Source: an uncultured Gammaproteobacteria bacterium | GTDB lineage: Bacteria; Pseudomonadota; Gammaproteobacteria; JACCXJ01 | DNA length: 64,000 bases | Direction: 5' to 3' | Assembly: GCA_963764725.1 (NCBI GenBank) | Contig: CAVXTM010000018.1 | Coordinates: forward strand, 160,001 to 224,000 | Shown: positions 20,469-30,086 of the stretch, piece after piece | Numbering within the stretch: the first letter of the stretch is position 1 | Layout of the letters: each line of letters begins with the position of its first letter | Program-made: the position numbers and the translations under genes | The notes under the pieces: model-generated | The model's input: the letters and a program-made list of their open reading frames with translations, nothing else | Told to the model about the DNA's origin: nothing | Database searches by the model: none

Positions 20469-22906
20469 CCACCCTGACCATCGACCAACTGCTGCGGGAG
20501 AACGAGGACTTGCGCCGCCGGCTGGAGGAGGCCGAGGATGCCCTCCGCGCTCTCCGTGCCGGCGAGGTGGATGCCGTCCTCGTCGAGGCCGAGCGCGAGC
20601 AGGTCTACACCCTGGAGACGGCCGACAAGCCCTATCGGCTGCTGGTCGAGCAGATGCCCCACGCCGCGGCGACGCTCACCGCCGACGGCGACGATCATCT
20701 ACTGCAACCGCCGCTTCGCCGAGCTGCTCAGGCGGCCGCTGCACTCATTGCTCGGCAAGCCGATCGACGACTTCGTCGCCCCCGACAGCCGGCCGCTTCT
20801 CGAAGGCCCTGCTGCGCGACGGCCAAGCCGCCGAGGTCCAGGGGGAGGTCGTCCTGCAGCGGGCTGACGGCACGCCGGTGCCGGTCTACCTCGGCGTCAG
20901 CGCCTTGCAGGAAGGCGCCCTCGGGTTGTGCCTGATGGTCACCGACCTGACCGAGCAACGGCACTACCAGGAGTTGCAGCGCACCCAGGCGGCCCTGCGC
21001 GAAAGCGAGCGCCGCTTGCGCGAAATGATTGACGCGCTCCCTGTGGCAATCTACACCACCGACGTCCAGGGCCGGCTCACGCACTTCAATCCGGCAGCGG
21101 TCGAATTTTCCGGCCGCGTGCCGGAGCTGGGCTCTCGATTCTTGGTGCGTGACCTGGAAACTGTATCAGCCCCGACGGCACGCCGCTGCCGCACGATGAA
21201 TGCGCTATGGCCCTGGCCCTCAAGGAAGGCCGGGCTGTCCGCGGCACGGAAACCATCGCCGAGCGTCCCGACGGCAAGCGCGTCTGGTTCATGCCCTACC
21301 CGACGCCGCTGCGCGATGCCGAAGGCCGGGTCGTCGGGGGCATCAACATGCTGCTCGACATCACCGAACGCAAGCAGGGCGAGCGCGCTGCTGCATTGCT
21401 GTCTTCCATTGTCGATTCCTCCGAGGACGCGATCGTCAGCAAAGACCTCAACGGCATCATCACCAGTTGGAACAAAAGCGCGGAGCGGCTGTTCGGCTAC
21501 TCGGCTGAGGAAGCGATCGGGCAGTCCATCACCATGCTTATTCCCGCGAACCGGCGCGGCGAAGAGGCTGAAATTCTGGACCGCCTCAGGCGGGGCGAGC
21601 GCGTGGATCATTTCGATACGATCCGCATCCGCAAGGATCGTTCTCCGGTTCCGATTTCCCTCACAATTTCTCCGATCAGAGACTCCGTAGGGCGCATCAT
21701 CGGCGCATCGAAAATCGCCCGCGATATCACCTCGCGCAAAGAGATGGAGGCGGCCCTGAAGGAGGCCGACCGCCGCAAGGACGAGTTTCTGGCGACGCTG
21801 GCCCACGAGCTGCGCAACCCGCTGGCCCCGATCCGCAACGCCGTGCAAATCCTCATGGCCAAAGGCCCGCCCGACCCGGAACTGCAATGGGCCCGCGGCG
21901 TGATCGACCGCCAGGTGCAGCAGATGGCCCGGCTGCTCGACGACCTGCTCGACGTCTCCCGCATCTCCCGCAACACGACTGGAGCTCCGCAAGGAGCGGG
22001 TCGACCTGGCCGCGGTGGTGGAGGCCGCCCTGGAGACCAGCCGCCCGCTCATCGAGGCCGGCGGCCACGAACTCACCGTCACTCTGCCGCCCGAGCCGAT
22101 CCACCTGGACGCCGACCCGGTGCGGCTGGCCCAGGTGTTCGCCAACCTGCTCAACAACGCCGCCAAGTACACCGAGGAGGGCGGTCGCATCTGGCTCGAC
22201 CGCCGAGCGGCAGGGGAGCGACGTGATCGTGTCGGTCAAGGACAACGGCATCGGCATCGCCGCCGAGATGCTGCCGCGCATCTTCGAGATTTTCTCGCAG
22301 TCGAATCCGGCGCTGGTGCGGTCGCAGGGCGGACTCGGCATCGGCCTGTCGCTGGTCAAGGGGCTGGTCGAGCTGCACGGCGGGAGCATCGAGGCCCGCA
22401 GCGACGGGCCGGGCCAGGGAAGCGAGTTCGTCGTCCGCCTGCCGGTCGCCGTGGAGACGCTTATCCAGGAACCGGCGCGGCCGGGCGAGGACGAACAGCC
22501 AAAGCCCGTGACCACGCGCCGCATCCTGATCGTGGACGACAACCGGGACAGTGCCGACAGCCTGGCGATGCTCTTGAAGATCATGGGCAACGAGGTCGGC
22601 ACGGCCTACGACGGCGAGCAGGCCGTCGAAGCGGCCGGGGCGTTGCGACCCGACGTGGTGCTGCTCGACATCGGGATGCCGAAGCTGAACGGCTACGACG
22701 CCTGCCGCCGCATCCGGGAACAGCCGTGGGGCCAGGGGATGTTCCTCATCGCCCTGACCGGCTGGGGCCAGGAGGAAGACCGCCGCCGCACCGAAGAGGC
22801 CGGTTTCGATCAGCACATCGTCAAGCCCGTGGACCCCGCCGCCCTCATGAAGTTGCTGGCTTCTTTGTCCGCGGAGCAGGGAGGCCGGCTAACCAGTAAG
22901 GATTGA
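20465..22906 (+). CDS. Multi-PAS hybrid histidine kinase with receiver domain, several frameshifts
   Basis: Three PAS segments, [42 protein letters not shown]. Confidence 0.88.
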
Positions 22907-23110
22907 GACGACCATGAATGGTCGTTTCAATCTAATTCTAATTTTCAAGAAGCCCAATCACGTCTTCCCTATTTCACGTTATGCGAGATAGGAGATTTGA
23001 AGCGCTCTTGTCAGACGAATGACGGCATCACGACTTTCGTCGCCATAAAGGCAGGAAGCACCCCAGCTCCACAGGAATACGGCCGTCCCATTCCCGCGCT
23101 TGCGTACTGC

Positions 23111-23764
23111 TTAGCTGTTTTTCCAGTGCGGCGGTAGGGTTCGGGCGAAATAAGGGAGGGCTTCGATGCGGCCCATCCAGGCCGTGAGCTTGGGCCCGAC
23201 GAGGGTACGGATCGCAAGGACTGGATCTTTGAGGTCGGCCCGCAGCGCCAGTGCTATCATGGGATAAAGCGTGAAATCGGCCGCGCTCAGCACCCCGGTG
23301 AGAAAATCGCCGCGGATCTCGCGCTCGAAATGCCCGAGCTCGGCCGCAAGCTTGCCGCGGCCGTCTGCGATCAGCGCGCGATCCCACTCTTCCTCGGCTT
23401 CGTGAAAAATCTCCCGCAGCATCCGCCCCATGGCCATGCCGAGATACCAGTCGGTCTCTTGGATGAACCGGCGGACGAGGGCTCGCTCGCGCGCGTCGTC
23501 CGGGAATAATCGACCCCGGCCGGCAACGGGATAGCGTTCGTCGAGGTATTCGAGAATGGCCACGGACTCATAAAGGACAAAACCGCTCTCGACCAGGACC
23601 GGTACCTTTTGCCTGGGATTGAGTCGGGTAAATTCCTCTGCCTTGAGATCCCCGGCCGAAAACGAGAGCATTTTCAGCTCATAGGGGAGTTGTTTGTGTT
23701 CGAGGCCAAGCCATACCCGCCAAGCGGGAGGTGAGCCGGAACCGCAATAAAACATCATGGACAT
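23111..23764 (-). CDS. Glutathione S-transferase family protein
   Basis: LNPRQKVPVL...ESVAILEYL. Confidence 0.92.
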   Translation of the reverse strand: MSMMFYCGSGSPPAWRVWLGLEHKQLPYELKMLSFSAGDLKAEEFTRLNPRQKVPVLVESGFVLYESVAILEYLDERYPVAGRGRLFPDDARERALVRRFIQETDWYLGMAMGRMLREIFHEAEEEWDRALIADGRGKLAAELGHFEREIRGDFLTGVLSAADFTLYPMIALALRADLKDPVLAIRTLVGPKLTAWMGRIEALPYFARTLPPHWKNS

Positions 23765-23866
23765 TAAGGCCTCCCGAACGTATCGAGCGCCAGCGTTAAG
23801 CCGTTACCGATCGTGAACCATAGAGCCCACGCGGGTCATGACGCGATTCTCTGTTAGTATTTTACC

Positions 23867-24838
23867 ATGGACTTAAACGACCGGCGGATCCTGGTCACCG
23901 GCGCCCTCGGGCAGATCGGCTCGGAGCTCGTTCCAGCGTTGAGAGCGCGCGTGGGTCCCGATCGGGTCGTGGCCTCGGATATCCGCATGCCGCGTCCGGA
24001 CTCGCCCCTCGGTGAAGGCCTTTTCGAGCATGTCGACTGCACCGAGCTACGCCAGATCGAGGACGTCGTGCGCCGTCACGATATCGGGGCAATTTATCAT
24101 CTAGCCGGGGTCCTTTCGGCCGTGGGGGAGGACTGGCCGCACGTCGCGTGGGATGTCAACCTGGGCGGTCTCTATCGCATCCTGGAGGTCGCGCGGCAGA
24201 ACCGCTGTGTGCTTTTCTTCCCGAGCTCCATCGGGGTTTTCGGCCCGACGACACCGCGCGAGCGCACCCCGCAGGATACGCTCCAGCGGCCGCAGACGAT
24301 GTATGGGATCACGAAAGTCACTGGCGAGCTATTGTGTGATTACTACGCCCGGCGCTTCGGCGTCGATACGCGCGGCCTGCGGCTTCCGGGCATTATTTCC
24401 TACGTCGCCCCTCCGGGCGGAGGCACCACCGACTATGCGGTGGAGATCTTCCATCACGCCATCCGTTACCGCCGGTATACGTGTTTTCTGCGCGCCGATA
24501 CGCGTCTCGACATGATGTACATGCCCGATACGCTGCGTGCGATCATCGCGCTGATGGAGGCCGATCCAGCGCGTTTGCACCACCGGAATGCCTTCAACAT
24601 CACCGCCATGAGCATCACGCCTGCGGAGCTGGCGCAGGCAATTCGCCGCCATGTCCCGGAGTTCGTGATCGACTATAGGATCGATCCCGTGCGCCAGGCC
24701 ATCGCCGATTCCTGGCCGCGATCGCTCGACGACAGCGCCGCGCGGGCGCAATGGGGCTGGGCGCCGGCCTATGACCTCGAGGCGATGACGGCCGACATGC
24801 TCGAGCGGTTAGCCGAGCGGCTGGGCAACGAACTCTGA
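23867..24838 (+). CDS. SDR-type L-threonine 3-dehydrogenase (NAD-dependent epimerase family)
   Basis: TGALGQIG, YGITK, PGGGTTDYAV; adjacent to kbl. Confidence 0.88.
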   Translation: MDLNDRRILVTGALGQIGSELVPALRARVGPDRVVASDIRMPRPDSPLGEGLFEHVDCTELRQIEDVVRRHDIGAIYHLAGVLSAVGEDWPHVAWDVNLGGLYRILEVARQNRCVLFFPSSIGVFGPTTPRERTPQDTLQRPQTMYGITKVTGELLCDYYARRFGVDTRGLRLPGIISYVAPPGGGTTDYAVEIFHHAIRYRRYTCFLRADTRLDMMYMPDTLRAIIALMEADPARLHHRNAFNITAMSITPAELAQAIRRHVPEFVIDYRIDPVRQAIADSWPRSLDDSAARAQWGWAPAYDLEAMTADMLERLAERLGNEL

Positions 24839-24848
24839 GACTATCGGT

Positions 24849-26078
24849 ATGCCGCTTGACCGCATTAGACACCGGCTGGCCCAGGAGATCGCCCAGATCG
24901 ACGCGAGAGGCACCGCCAAACGGCGCGAGCCGGTCATTACCCAGGTTCTCCGCGCGCACGGCGCCCGTGGCCCGCGATACCTGATCGAGGGTGAGGGCGA
25001 GCGGCCGTTTATCCGCATGAATTCGAATAGCTACCTCGGCATGGCTTTGCGCGAAGAGGTGATCGCGGCCGAGGAGCACGCCGTGCGCGCATTCGGCGCC
25101 GGGCCTGGGGCTGTACGGTTTATCAGCGGCACCTACGCGCCGCATGTGGAGCTTGAGCGGCGGCTCGCGGCATTTCACGGGCGCGAGGCCGCGCTCGTGT
25201 TCAGCTCAGCCTATGCTACGGTCATGGGCGTCCTGCCGGTCTTGGTCACGCCGGACACCGCGATCATCAGCGATGCGCTCAACCACAATTGCATCATCAA
25301 CGCCGCGCGCCTCGCGCAGCCCAAGGAGAAACACGTCTATGCGCATCTCGATATGGCGGCGCTCGAAGACTGTCTTACGCGGGCGGCGGGTTGCGAGAGG
25401 ATCCTCGTGGTAACCGATGGGATCTTCAGCATGCGCGGCGATCACGCGCCGCTGGGGGATATCAAGAAGATTGCGGCGCGCTTCGACGCCCGCTTCAAGG
25501 AGGGCGCGCTCATGATTGTCGATGACTCGCACGGCGTGGGCGCAATCGGGGCCGCGGGTCGAGGCACCGAGGAGCACACCGGCTCGGGTCCGGTAGATCT
25601 CCTGATCGCGACGCTCGGCAAGGCGTTTGGCGTGAACGGCGGTTACGTGGCCGGTGAGCGTGTGCTCATCGATTACCTGCGCGAGAAAGCACCTTTGTAT
25701 ATCTACTCGAACCCGATCACACCGGGCGAGGCGGCCGCGGCCGTGAAGGCCTTGGATATCGTGGACAGCCCGGTGGGTCGGGACCTGCTGGCAGAACTGC
25801 GGCGATTGACGCTGCGCTTCCGGCAAGCGCTGACGCACCTTGGTTACGAGACCCTCGCGGGCGAGCACCCGGTCGTGCCGCTGCTCTTGCGCGATACCGC
25901 GCGCACCCGGACGATGGTTCAGTATTTGAAGACCCATGGGGTCTTGGCCACCGGTCTTTCCTACCCGGTCGTGCCGCAGGGCGAGGAGGAGATCCGGTTC
26001 CAGATCTCGGCGGATCACACCGAGGGCGACATCGACGAGGTCCTCGCAATCCTGGGCGGGTTCCCGGGGCGAGTTTGA
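24849..26078 (+). CDS. kbl: Glycine C-acetyltransferase (class II aminotransferase)
   Basis: SNSYLG, AVRFISGT, DGIFSM, DDSH, TLGKAFG. Confidence 0.8.
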   Translation: MPLDRIRHRLAQEIAQIDARGTAKRREPVITQVLRAHGARGPRYLIEGEGERPFIRMNSNSYLGMALREEVIAAEEHAVRAFGAGPGAVRFISGTYAPHVELERRLAAFHGREAALVFSSAYATVMGVLPVLVTPDTAIISDALNHNCIINAARLAQPKEKHVYAHLDMAALEDCLTRAAGCERILVVTDGIFSMRGDHAPLGDIKKIAARFDARFKEGALMIVDDSHGVGAIGAAGRGTEEHTGSGPVDLLIATLGKAFGVNGGYVAGERVLIDYLREKAPLYIYSNPITPGEAAAAVKALDIVDSPVGRDLLAELRRLTLRFRQALTHLGYETLAGEHPVVPLLLRDTARTRTMVQYLKTHGVLATGLSYPVVPQGEEEIRFQISADHTEGDIDEVLAILGGFPGRV

Positions 26079-26108
26079 AGTGTGGTTGGCACGCGACGAG
26101 GCGTCTAA

Positions 26109-26235
26109 GGAAGCTCTGCAAAAGTGTCGCGAGCAAGTCCAGATGCGCGAAGACGCGGGGAGCGGTCCAGGGACGGCCGCGCTTTGAGGAGCGAGGAAAG
26201 CAGATGGGCTGCGCAGTAACTTTTGCAGAGCTTCC
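26109..26235. mobile_element. MITE with GGAAGCTCTGCAAAAGT terminal inverted repeats, TAA duplication
   Basis: 17-bp TIRs flanked by TAA; relative at 37971. Confidence 0.8.
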
Positions 26236-26248
26236 TAACTAAGGCGCC

Positions 26249-27368
26249 GTGACCGCCGCACTATCACTCTATCTGGACCTGGTCCGGTTTGTCGCCGCAA
26301 CCGTGGTGCTGCTTTCCCATTTCGCCTACACGCGGATCTCGGGCGGCGAGTATTTGATAATGCGGCGCTTCGGCGCCGATGCCGTTATCGTGTTCTTCGT
26401 CCTCTCGGGCTATGTCATCGCCTACGTTTCCACGGAACGGGAACGCACGCCGGGCGAGTACGCGATTAACCGCTGCGCCCGGCTGTATTCTGTGGTATTC
26501 CCGGCCTTGATCGCCACCGTGATTCTCGATCAGATGGGGCGCATCCTCGATCCTGCCCTTTACGCTGGTTGGTGGTATAAGGACAGCGAAGCGCTTTGGC
26601 GTTTCTTCGCGAACCTCTTGTTCGTTAACGAGTTGTGGTTTACATCGATTCGCCCGTTCAGCAACGGCCCATACTGGTCGCTAGGCTATGAGTTCTGGTA
26701 CTACGTTCTCTTCGGGGCGTCCTTTTATTACGGCGGACGTACCCGCGCCGTGCTTGTGGCTCTCATCGCGCTCGTCGCTGGCCCGAAGATCCTGGTGCTT
26801 CTGCCCGCCTGGCTCATCGGCGTATGGACTTACCGCTTCAATCGCAGCAGGCAGGTCTCCATCTCCATCGGTTGGGTATTGTTTCTATTACCTATACTGA
26901 TATACGGTTTTATAAAGGCATCCGAGATTGATAGCGCGGCCCGCATGGCAACTATGGCCGTCATAGGCCCGGCGTTCGTGATGTCAAAGCTTAAGCATTC
27001 GGACGAGTTTCTGATCGACACTATCTATGCGGTCCTGGTGGCGCTCAACTTCATCGGTATGCGCGCGATTTCCCATTCCCTGGATCGGATCCCCCCTTGG
27101 ATCGAACAAGCGATCCGCTTATTGGGCGGGTCTTACCTTTTCGATCTATCTATTGCACTATCCCGCCCTGCATTTTTTTGCCGCCCTTTACGGCGGGGAG
27201 CGTTCCGAGCCGCTAATGCAGATCTTGATCCTCTCCTCGACGTTTGCGACGATCGTCCTCATCGGGGGATTCACCGAACGGAAAAAACACCTCTTGCGCC
27301 GCGTACTCGATAGAATTGCCCGAGCATTATCGCCCAGGCTACATCGGCGGCTTGACGATTGGCCTTGA
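26249..27368 (+). CDS. Acyltransferase-3 (OafA-like) membrane protein, frameshift near 27120
   Basis: LDLVR, AVIVFFVLSGYVI, WSLGYEFWYY; TFSIYLLHYP in the next frame. Confidence 0.85.
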
Positions 27369-28134
27369 CATCGTGGACACGAAAATAACGCACGCCGGCA
27401 GCGACGCCTAAAGCGGTCGTCGCGCAGGTGGCGCCGACAAGCTCGCCCGGGGTTTGTTCCGCACACACCGCGCCCATGAATCGCTTGCGGCTGGCGCCGA
27501 GCAACACGGCGTAACCGCTAGCGGCGAACGCGCCCAGATCGGCGAGCAGGGCGAGGTTGTGGACTTTGGTCTTACCGAATCCGATCCCTGGATCGATGAT
27601 GATGCGCTCGCGCTCGACCCCGGCGCTTTCCGCCAGCCGAGCGCGCTCGATGAGAAACGCCCGTACCTCCCCGAGCACATCCTGATAGTGAGGATCCGTT
27701 TGCATCGTAAGCGGCGTGCCCTGCATGTGCATCAGCACCAGTGCAACCCTACGCTCGGCGGCCAACGCGAACATCTCAGGGTCGTCACGGCCCGCGGATA
27801 TATCGTTGATGATCGTGGCGCCGGCCTCTAGCGCCGCGACCGCCACCTCGACGAGCGTCGTATCGATGCTGATCGCCACCTGATCAGGTAAGGCTTGGCG
27901 CAATCGCCGGATCACCTCACGGGTGCGCCCGATTTGCTCCGCCGCGCCGACGGGCTCCGCGCCCGGGCGCGTTGATTCGCCGCCGACATCGATAACATCC
28001 GCCCCTTCGGCGGCAATACGGCAAGCATGGCGCACCGCCGAGTCCGCATCGGCGTATGCCCCGCCGTCCGAGAAGCTATCCGGCGTGAGGTTCAAGATCC
28101 CCACGATAGCCGGGCGTTCCTGTCGCGAGGTCAT
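27271..28134 (-). CDS. folP: Dihydropteroate synthase
   Basis: GILNLTPDSFSDGG, GGESTRPG, DPGIGFGK, SRKRF, RVHDV. Confidence 0.96.
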   Translation of the reverse strand: MTSRQERPAIVGILNLTPDSFSDGGAYADADSAVRHACRIAAEGADVIDVGGESTRPGAEPVGAAEQIGRTREVIRRLRQALPDQVAISIDTTLVEVAVAALEAGATIINDISAGRDDPEMFALAAERRVALVLMHMQGTPLTMQTDPHYQDVLGEVRAFLIERARLAESAGVERERIIIDPGIGFGKTKVHNLALLADLGAFAASGYAVLLGASRKRFMGAVCAEQTPGELVGATCATTALGVAAGVRYFRVHDVKANRQAADVAWAIMLGQFYRVRGARGVFSVR

Positions 28135-28622
28135 GCGTTCGGGCCGGATTCGGGGACCTTGCGGATCCTGAGCCGGTATAACACCGGCGACACCGCGATT
28201 TCCAAGAGATAAAACAACATGACGATGATCGCCACATCGAGAACCTTAAGGTCTAAGTAGGGGATTGCGACCAAGGCCGGAAAGAAGGCTTCCGGGATCT
28301 GGTCGAGACCGGTCACCGGGCTGCTCGATGCGACACCCATGCGCCGTTTGATGAAGCTCGAAAATAAATCACCGAGCATCGCCGCCGCGGCGAAGCAGGC
28401 GCCGAAGCCGGCCGAGAGGCCCAGAGCCGCAGCTGCCGCGATGCTCATGAGAAACGAGGCGAGGAGCCCGCGCACGGTTTTCGTGCTGCCGAAAATCGGC
28501 GCGCCGTCGATGAATGTCTTGCCGCCATCGAGCGGCCGGTTAAAGCGCTCGCCGAGCAGTCCCTGCGCGACGATCGGCGCCCCGTTCGCCACGCCCAAGA
28601 GGATCAAAACCTGTAATATCAT
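28131..28622 (-). CDS. CDP-archaeol synthase (CarS/DUF46)-like membrane protein
   Basis: ANGAP, PLDGG, KTVRG, GDLFSSFIKRR, LDQ. Confidence 0.8.
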   Translation of the reverse strand: MILQVLILLGVANGAPIVAQGLLGERFNRPLDGGKTFIDGAPIFGSTKTVRGLLASFLMSIAAAAALGLSAGFGACFAAAAMLGDLFSSFIKRRMGVASSSPVTGLDQIPEAFFPALVAIPYLDLKVLDVAIIVMLFYLLEIAVSPVLYRLRIRKVPESGPNA

Positions 28623-29060
28623 TGTCGTCTCGCCGCCGACCGTCGACCGCTGCGAGAAAGCGTCATCTTATTGCAAACGTGGACCCATAGGAATAGGTGG
28701 ACATAATACTTACATTCCCATTTCACATGGGCTAAGCTTTTCCAGTCTCGCATGACGATTCCCTCCTTATCCCTCGGGGCTTACGTTGGGAGGAATCGTC
28801 TCTTTTCTACCCCACAAACGGCATAGCCTTTTCACGTCCCGCCGGCAAAGCCGGTGGTTTACTGAGAAACTAATTATAGAGGCAATACAACCTTGTCGGT
28901 TAATCCCGAGGTGCCAAGTTGGTTGTCCGAGCAGGCCAAAACGCACCGGGCTTTAACCGATTGCGGCGCAGGGTTAAGCGAGTGAAAATGCTGCAGCGCA
29001 TAACCGCCGGCAGAGCGCGAACGGTGACTTTGTGTGAGGGTAGTTGTAGTGGTGACTGAC

Positions 29061-29351
29061 CCAAGGACGCTACAACGAAAACTGAACGACGCAGGCACCA
29101 CGTTTAACGCGGTCGTCGAAGACACGCGCCGAGAGCTGGCCCAACGGTACCTTAAGCAACCCGATCTCGCGATAAGCGAGATCGCTTATTTACTCGGTTT
29201 TTCGGAAACGGGCAACTTTTCGCGGGCTTTCAAGCGATGGGCCGGCGCCTCTCCGAGTGATTACCGCTCGCAGGGGCTGGGTGACTACGAAAGCGAGCGC
29301 ACGGAAGCCAATCAGGGAGTAACACGCGAAACGCCGCCTGGTGTTGTTTAG
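29061..29351 (+). pseudogene. AraC-type HTH C-terminal fragment
   Basis: PRTLQRKL...EIAYLLGFSE..NFSRAFKRW; no N-terminal domain. Confidence 0.8.
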
Positions 29352-29506
29352 CTTGAAGGGTGTAGCCCCGTAGGTGATTTCCCGTAGCCGGCTTGAGACG
29401 TAACGAGGGTTTCATTATCCTGGTAGCGATTGGCTCGGACTTTCATTGGTAATCCAACAAGCGAGAGCCGTGCAAAACATGGCCTACTCACTCGGGGAAA
29501 TCTGTT

Positions 29507-29896
29507 ATGGAATCGAAAATACCTAAATCGAAAATACCTTCAATCGACCGTCTCACCCCCGCCAAGCTTCTCTGGGGAATATTGATAATCACTCTGATTG
29601 GGGCGGTAACCATAATTTTGCAAACTAGCGGACGGCAGAAGGCCACCGACGCCTTCATGCTGACGACCAAGCACCTGAAGGAAAACGCCGCGGCGGAGTG
29701 TCCCATCGCCATAAGACAGTTCCTCAAATCGGAACTTGGTACTGCGGACTACATGATCAGCGATGGCAGTACGAGTGTGACCTTGCAATGGAAAAACCCC
29801 GCTGGCGGTGAATTCACTGCGATCGATTGCACTTATATCCTGGATCGGGGCATCGTAAGCCTGGTGATTGACGGCAAGACCGTCGCCTCCAAATAG
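29507..29896 (+). CDS. Hypothetical membrane-anchored protein
   Basis: 129-aa ORF with one TM helix and a Cys pair. Confidence 0.55.
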   Translation: MESKIPKSKIPSIDRLTPAKLLWGILIITLIGAVTIILQTSGRQKATDAFMLTTKHLKENAAAECPIAIRQFLKSELGTADYMISDGSTSVTLQWKNPAGGEFTAIDCTYILDRGIVSLVIDGKTVASK

Positions 29897-29981
29897 GCCC
29901 GTGCGGCGTGCCGCCGGCAGCGCGTGCGGCGCCGCCGAACCCGAGTCAACGGCCCAGGAAGCCCGTTACCTCGCCGCTCGG

Positions 29982-30080
29982 GCGGCGGGGTATGAACCCC
30001 GCCCTTGACCAAAGGGGAGAGTTGCACTACTCCCCTTTGGAAACCCCAATGCTAGAGTGCCCGCCGTAAACGGCGGGGTA
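29982..30080 (+). repeat. Three-hairpin GGAAACCCC repeat, copy 2
   Basis: GGCGGGG..CCCCGCC / AAAGGGGAG..CTCCCCTTT / CCCGCCG..CGGCGGG. Confidence 0.85.
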
Positions 30081-30086
30081 TTCAGA

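Noticed and set aside
27271-27368. 98-bp convergent overlap between folP and the acyltransferase as a regulatory feature
   Set aside because: Tail-to-tail overlaps are common in GC-rich genomes; no further support
28754-28800. Hairpin GACGATTCC...GGAATCGTC as an ncRNA or riboswitch
   Set aside because: Single copy, no recognisable motif, no T-tract
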